A DNA stretch of 64,000 nucleotides, taken from Lingula anatina (lineage: Eukaryota > Animalia > Brachiopoda). This document shows, piece by piece, positions 61,001-64,000 of this stretch. The stretch spans positions 20,193,566-20,257,565 of the forward strand of contig CM120649.1 in the NCBI GenBank assembly GCA_051362555.1. The letters are read 5' to 3'. Made by a program: the position numbers and the translations under genes. The first letter of the stretch is position 1; each line of letters starts with the position of its first letter. A model generated the notes under the pieces. It did no database searches. It was given only the letters and a program-made list of their open reading frames with translations, and was not told where the DNA came from.

Positions 61001-64000
61001 GTTAGGGTTAGGGTTAGGGTTAGGGTTAGGGTTAGGGTTAGGGTTAGGGTTAGGGTTAGGGTTAGGGTTAGGGTTAGGGTTAGGGTTAGGGTTAGGGTTA
61101 GGGTTAGGGTTAGGGTTAGGGTTAGGGTTAGGGTTAGGGTTAGGGTTAGGGTTAGGGTTAGGGTTAGGGTTAGGGTTAGGGTTAGGGTTAGGGTTAGGGT
61201 TAGGGTTAGGGTTAGGGTTAGGGTTAGGGTTAGGGTTAGGGTTAGGGTTAGGGTTAGGGTTAGGGTTAGGGTTAGGGTTAGGGTTAGGGTTAGGGTTAGG
61301 GTTAGGGTTAGGGTTAGGGTTAGGGTTAGGGTTAGGGTTAGGGTTAGGGTTAGGGTTAGGGTTAGGGTTAGGGTTAGGGTTAGGGTTAGGGTTAGGGTTA
61401 GGGTTAGGGTTAGGGTTAGGGTTAGGGTTAGGGTTAGGGTTAGGGTTAGGGTTAGGGTTAGGGTTAGGGTTAGGGTTAGGGTTAGGGTTAGGGTTAGGGT
61501 TAGGGTTAGGGTTAGGGTTAGGGTTAGGGTTAGGGTTAGGGTTAGGGTTAGGGTTAGGGTTAGGGTTAGGGTTAGGGTTAGGGTTAGGGTTAGGGTTAGG
61601 GTTAGGGTTAGGGTTAGGGTTAGGGTTAGGGTTAGGGTTAGGGTTAGGGTTAGGGTTAGGGTTAGGGTTAGGGTTAGGGTTAGGGTTAGGGTTAGGGTTA
61701 GGGTTAGGGTTAGGGTTAGGGTTAGGGTTAGGGTTAGGGTTAGGGTTAGGGTTAGGGTTAGGGTTAGGGTTAGGGTTAGGGTTAGGGTTAGGGTTAGGGT
61801 TAGGGTTAGGGTTAGGGTTAGGGTTAGGGTTAGGGTTAGGGTTAGGGTTAGGGTTAGGGTTAGGGTTAGGGTTAGGGTTAGGGTTAGGGTTAGGGTTAGG
61901 GTTAGGGTTAGGGTTAGGGTTAGGGTTAGGGTTAGGGTTAGGGTTAGGGTTAGGGTTAGGGTTAGGGTTAGGGTTAGGGTTAGGGTTAGGGTTAGGGTTA
62001 GGGTTAGGGTTAGGGTTAGGGTTAGGGTTAGGGTTAGGGTTAGGGTTAGGGTTAGGGTTAGGGTTAGGGTTAGGGTTAGGGTTAGGGTTAGGGTTAGGGT
62101 TAGGGTTAGGGTTAGGGTTAGGGTTAGGGTTAGGGTTAGGGTTAGGGTTAGGGTTAGGGTTAGGGTTAGGGTTAGGGTTAGGGTTAGGGTTAGGGTTAGG
62201 GTTAGGGTTAGGGTTAGGGTTAGGGTTAGGGTTAGGGTTAGGGTTAGGGTTAGGGTTAGGGTTAGGGTTAGGGTTAGGGTTAGGGTTAGGGTTAGGGTTA
62301 GGGTTAGGGTTAGGGTTAGGGTTAGGGTTAGGGTTAGGGTTAGGGTTAGGGTTAGGGTTAGGGTTAGGGTTAGGGTTAGGGTTAGGGTTAGGGTTAGGGT
62401 TAGGGTTAGGGTTAGGGTTAGGGTTAGGGTTAGGGTTAGGGTTAGGGTTAGGGTTAGGGTTAGGGTTAGGGTTAGGGTTAGGGTTAGGGTTAGGGTTAGG
62501 GTTAGGGTTAGGGTTAGGGTTAGGGTTAGGGTTAGGGTTAGGGTTAGGGTTAGGGTTAGGGTTAGGGTTAGGGTTAGGGTTAGGGTTAGGGTTAGGGTTA
62601 GGGTTAGGGTTAGGGTTAGGGTTAGGGTTAGGGTTAGGGTTAGGGTTAGGGTTAGGGTTAGGGTTAGGGTTAGGGTTAGGGTTAGGGTTAGGGTTAGGGT
62701 TAGGGTTAGGGTTAGGGTTAGGGTTAGGGTTAGGGTTAGGGTTAGGGTTAGGGTTAGGGTTAGGGTTAGGGTTAGGGTTAGGGTTAGGGTTAGGGTTAGG
62801 GTTAGGGTTAGGGTTAGGGTTAGGGTTAGGGTTAGGGTTAGGGTTAGGGTTAGGGTTAGGGTTAGGGTTAGGGTTAGGGTTAGGGTTAGGGTTAGGGTTA
62901 GGGTTAGGGTTAGGGTTAGGGTTAGGGTTAGGGTTAGGGTTAGGGTTAGGGTTAGGGTTAGGGTTAGGGTTAGGGTTAGGGTTAGGGTTAGGGTTAGGGT
63001 TAGGGTTAGGGTTAGGGTTAGGGTTAGGGTTAGGGTTAGGGTTAGGGTTAGGGTTAGGGTTAGGGTTAGGGTTAGGGTTAGGGTTAGGGTTAGGGTTAGG
63101 GTTAGGGTTAGGGTTAGGGTTAGGGTTAGGGTTAGGGTTAGGGTTAGGGTTAGGGTTAGGGTTAGGGTTAGGGTTAGGGTTAGGGTTAGGGTTAGGGTTA
63201 GGGTTAGGGTTAGGGTTAGGGTTAGGGTTAGGGTTAGGGTTAGGGTTAGGGTTAGGGTTAGGGTTAGGGTTAGGGTTAGGGTTAGGGTTAGGGTTAGGGT
63301 TAGGGTTAGGGTTAGGGTTAGGGTTAGGGTTAGGGTTAGGGTTAGGGTTAGGGTTAGGGTTAGGGTTAGGGTTAGGGTTAGGGTTAGGGTTAGGGTTAGG
63401 GTTAGGGTTAGGGTTAGGGTTAGGGTTAGGGTTAGGGTTAGGGTTAGGGTTAGGGTTAGGGTTAGGGTTAGGGTTAGGGTTAGGGTTAGGGTTAGGGTTA
63501 GGGTTAGGGTTAGGGTTAGGGTTAGGGTTAGGGTTAGGGTTAGGGTTAGGGTTAGGGTTAGGGTTAGGGTTAGGGTTAGGGTTAGGGTTAGGGTTAGGGT
63601 TAGGGTTAGGGTTAGGGTTAGGGTTAGGGTTAGGGTTAGGGTTAGGGTTAGGGTTAGGGTTAGGGTTAGGGTTAGGGTTAGGGTTAGGGTTAGGGTTAGG
63701 GTTAGGGTTAGGGTTAGGGTTAGGGTTAGGGTTAGGATAGGGTTAGGGTTAGGGTTAGGGTTAGGGTTAGGGTTAGGGTTAGGGTTAGGGTTAGGGTTAG
63801 GGTTAGGGTTAGGGTTAGGGTTAGGGTTAGGGTTAGGGTTAGGGTTAGGGTTAGGGTTAGGGTTAGGGTTAGGGTTAGGGTTAGGGTTAGGGTTAGGGTT
63901 AGGGTTAGGGTTAGGGTTAGGGTTAGGGTTAGGGTAGGGTTAGGGTTAGGGTTAGGGTTAGGGTTAGGGTTAGGGTTAGGGTTAGGGTTAGGGTTAGGGT
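48888..64000 (+). repeat. Telomeric (TTAGGG)n array, over 15 kb, G-strand pointing to the window end
   Basis: Read directly. Variant repeats (TTAGGGG, TTAGAGG, TTTAGGG, TTAGG, TTAAGG, TTAGGGGG) occur at about 48888-49285 and a few after 63730; the rest is pure. Confidence 0.99.

Noticed and set aside
63730-63940. Variant telomere repeats near the window end
   Set aside because: Sparse indels and substitutions at the distal end are most likely low-coverage consensus errors.

Overview
Gene-dense end of a chromosome from an invertebrate animal (probably a lophotrochozoan; this is inference), ending in more than 15 kb of (TTAGGG)n telomere from about 48,890. Four spliced genes could be rebuilt by hand: the 3' part of an SLC16/MCT transporter (+), a complete 9-exon GRTP1-like TBC Rab-GAP (-), a Rap2 GTPase (+) head-to-head with it, and a divergent 3-exon alpha-arrestin (-). 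About 20 unrelated minisatellites are scattered through the window, along with a composite Helentron-associated (HINE/DINE-like) element and several MITE-like elements. The most striking pattern is that tandem duplications repeatedly straddle splice sites, giving arrays of up to 14 intact decoy donors or acceptors, and every decoy in the five clear arrays leads to a frameshift or stop. The telomere also starts a few bases after the TTAA-flanked end of a putative DNA transposon. All coordinates were read by eye and no database searches were run.
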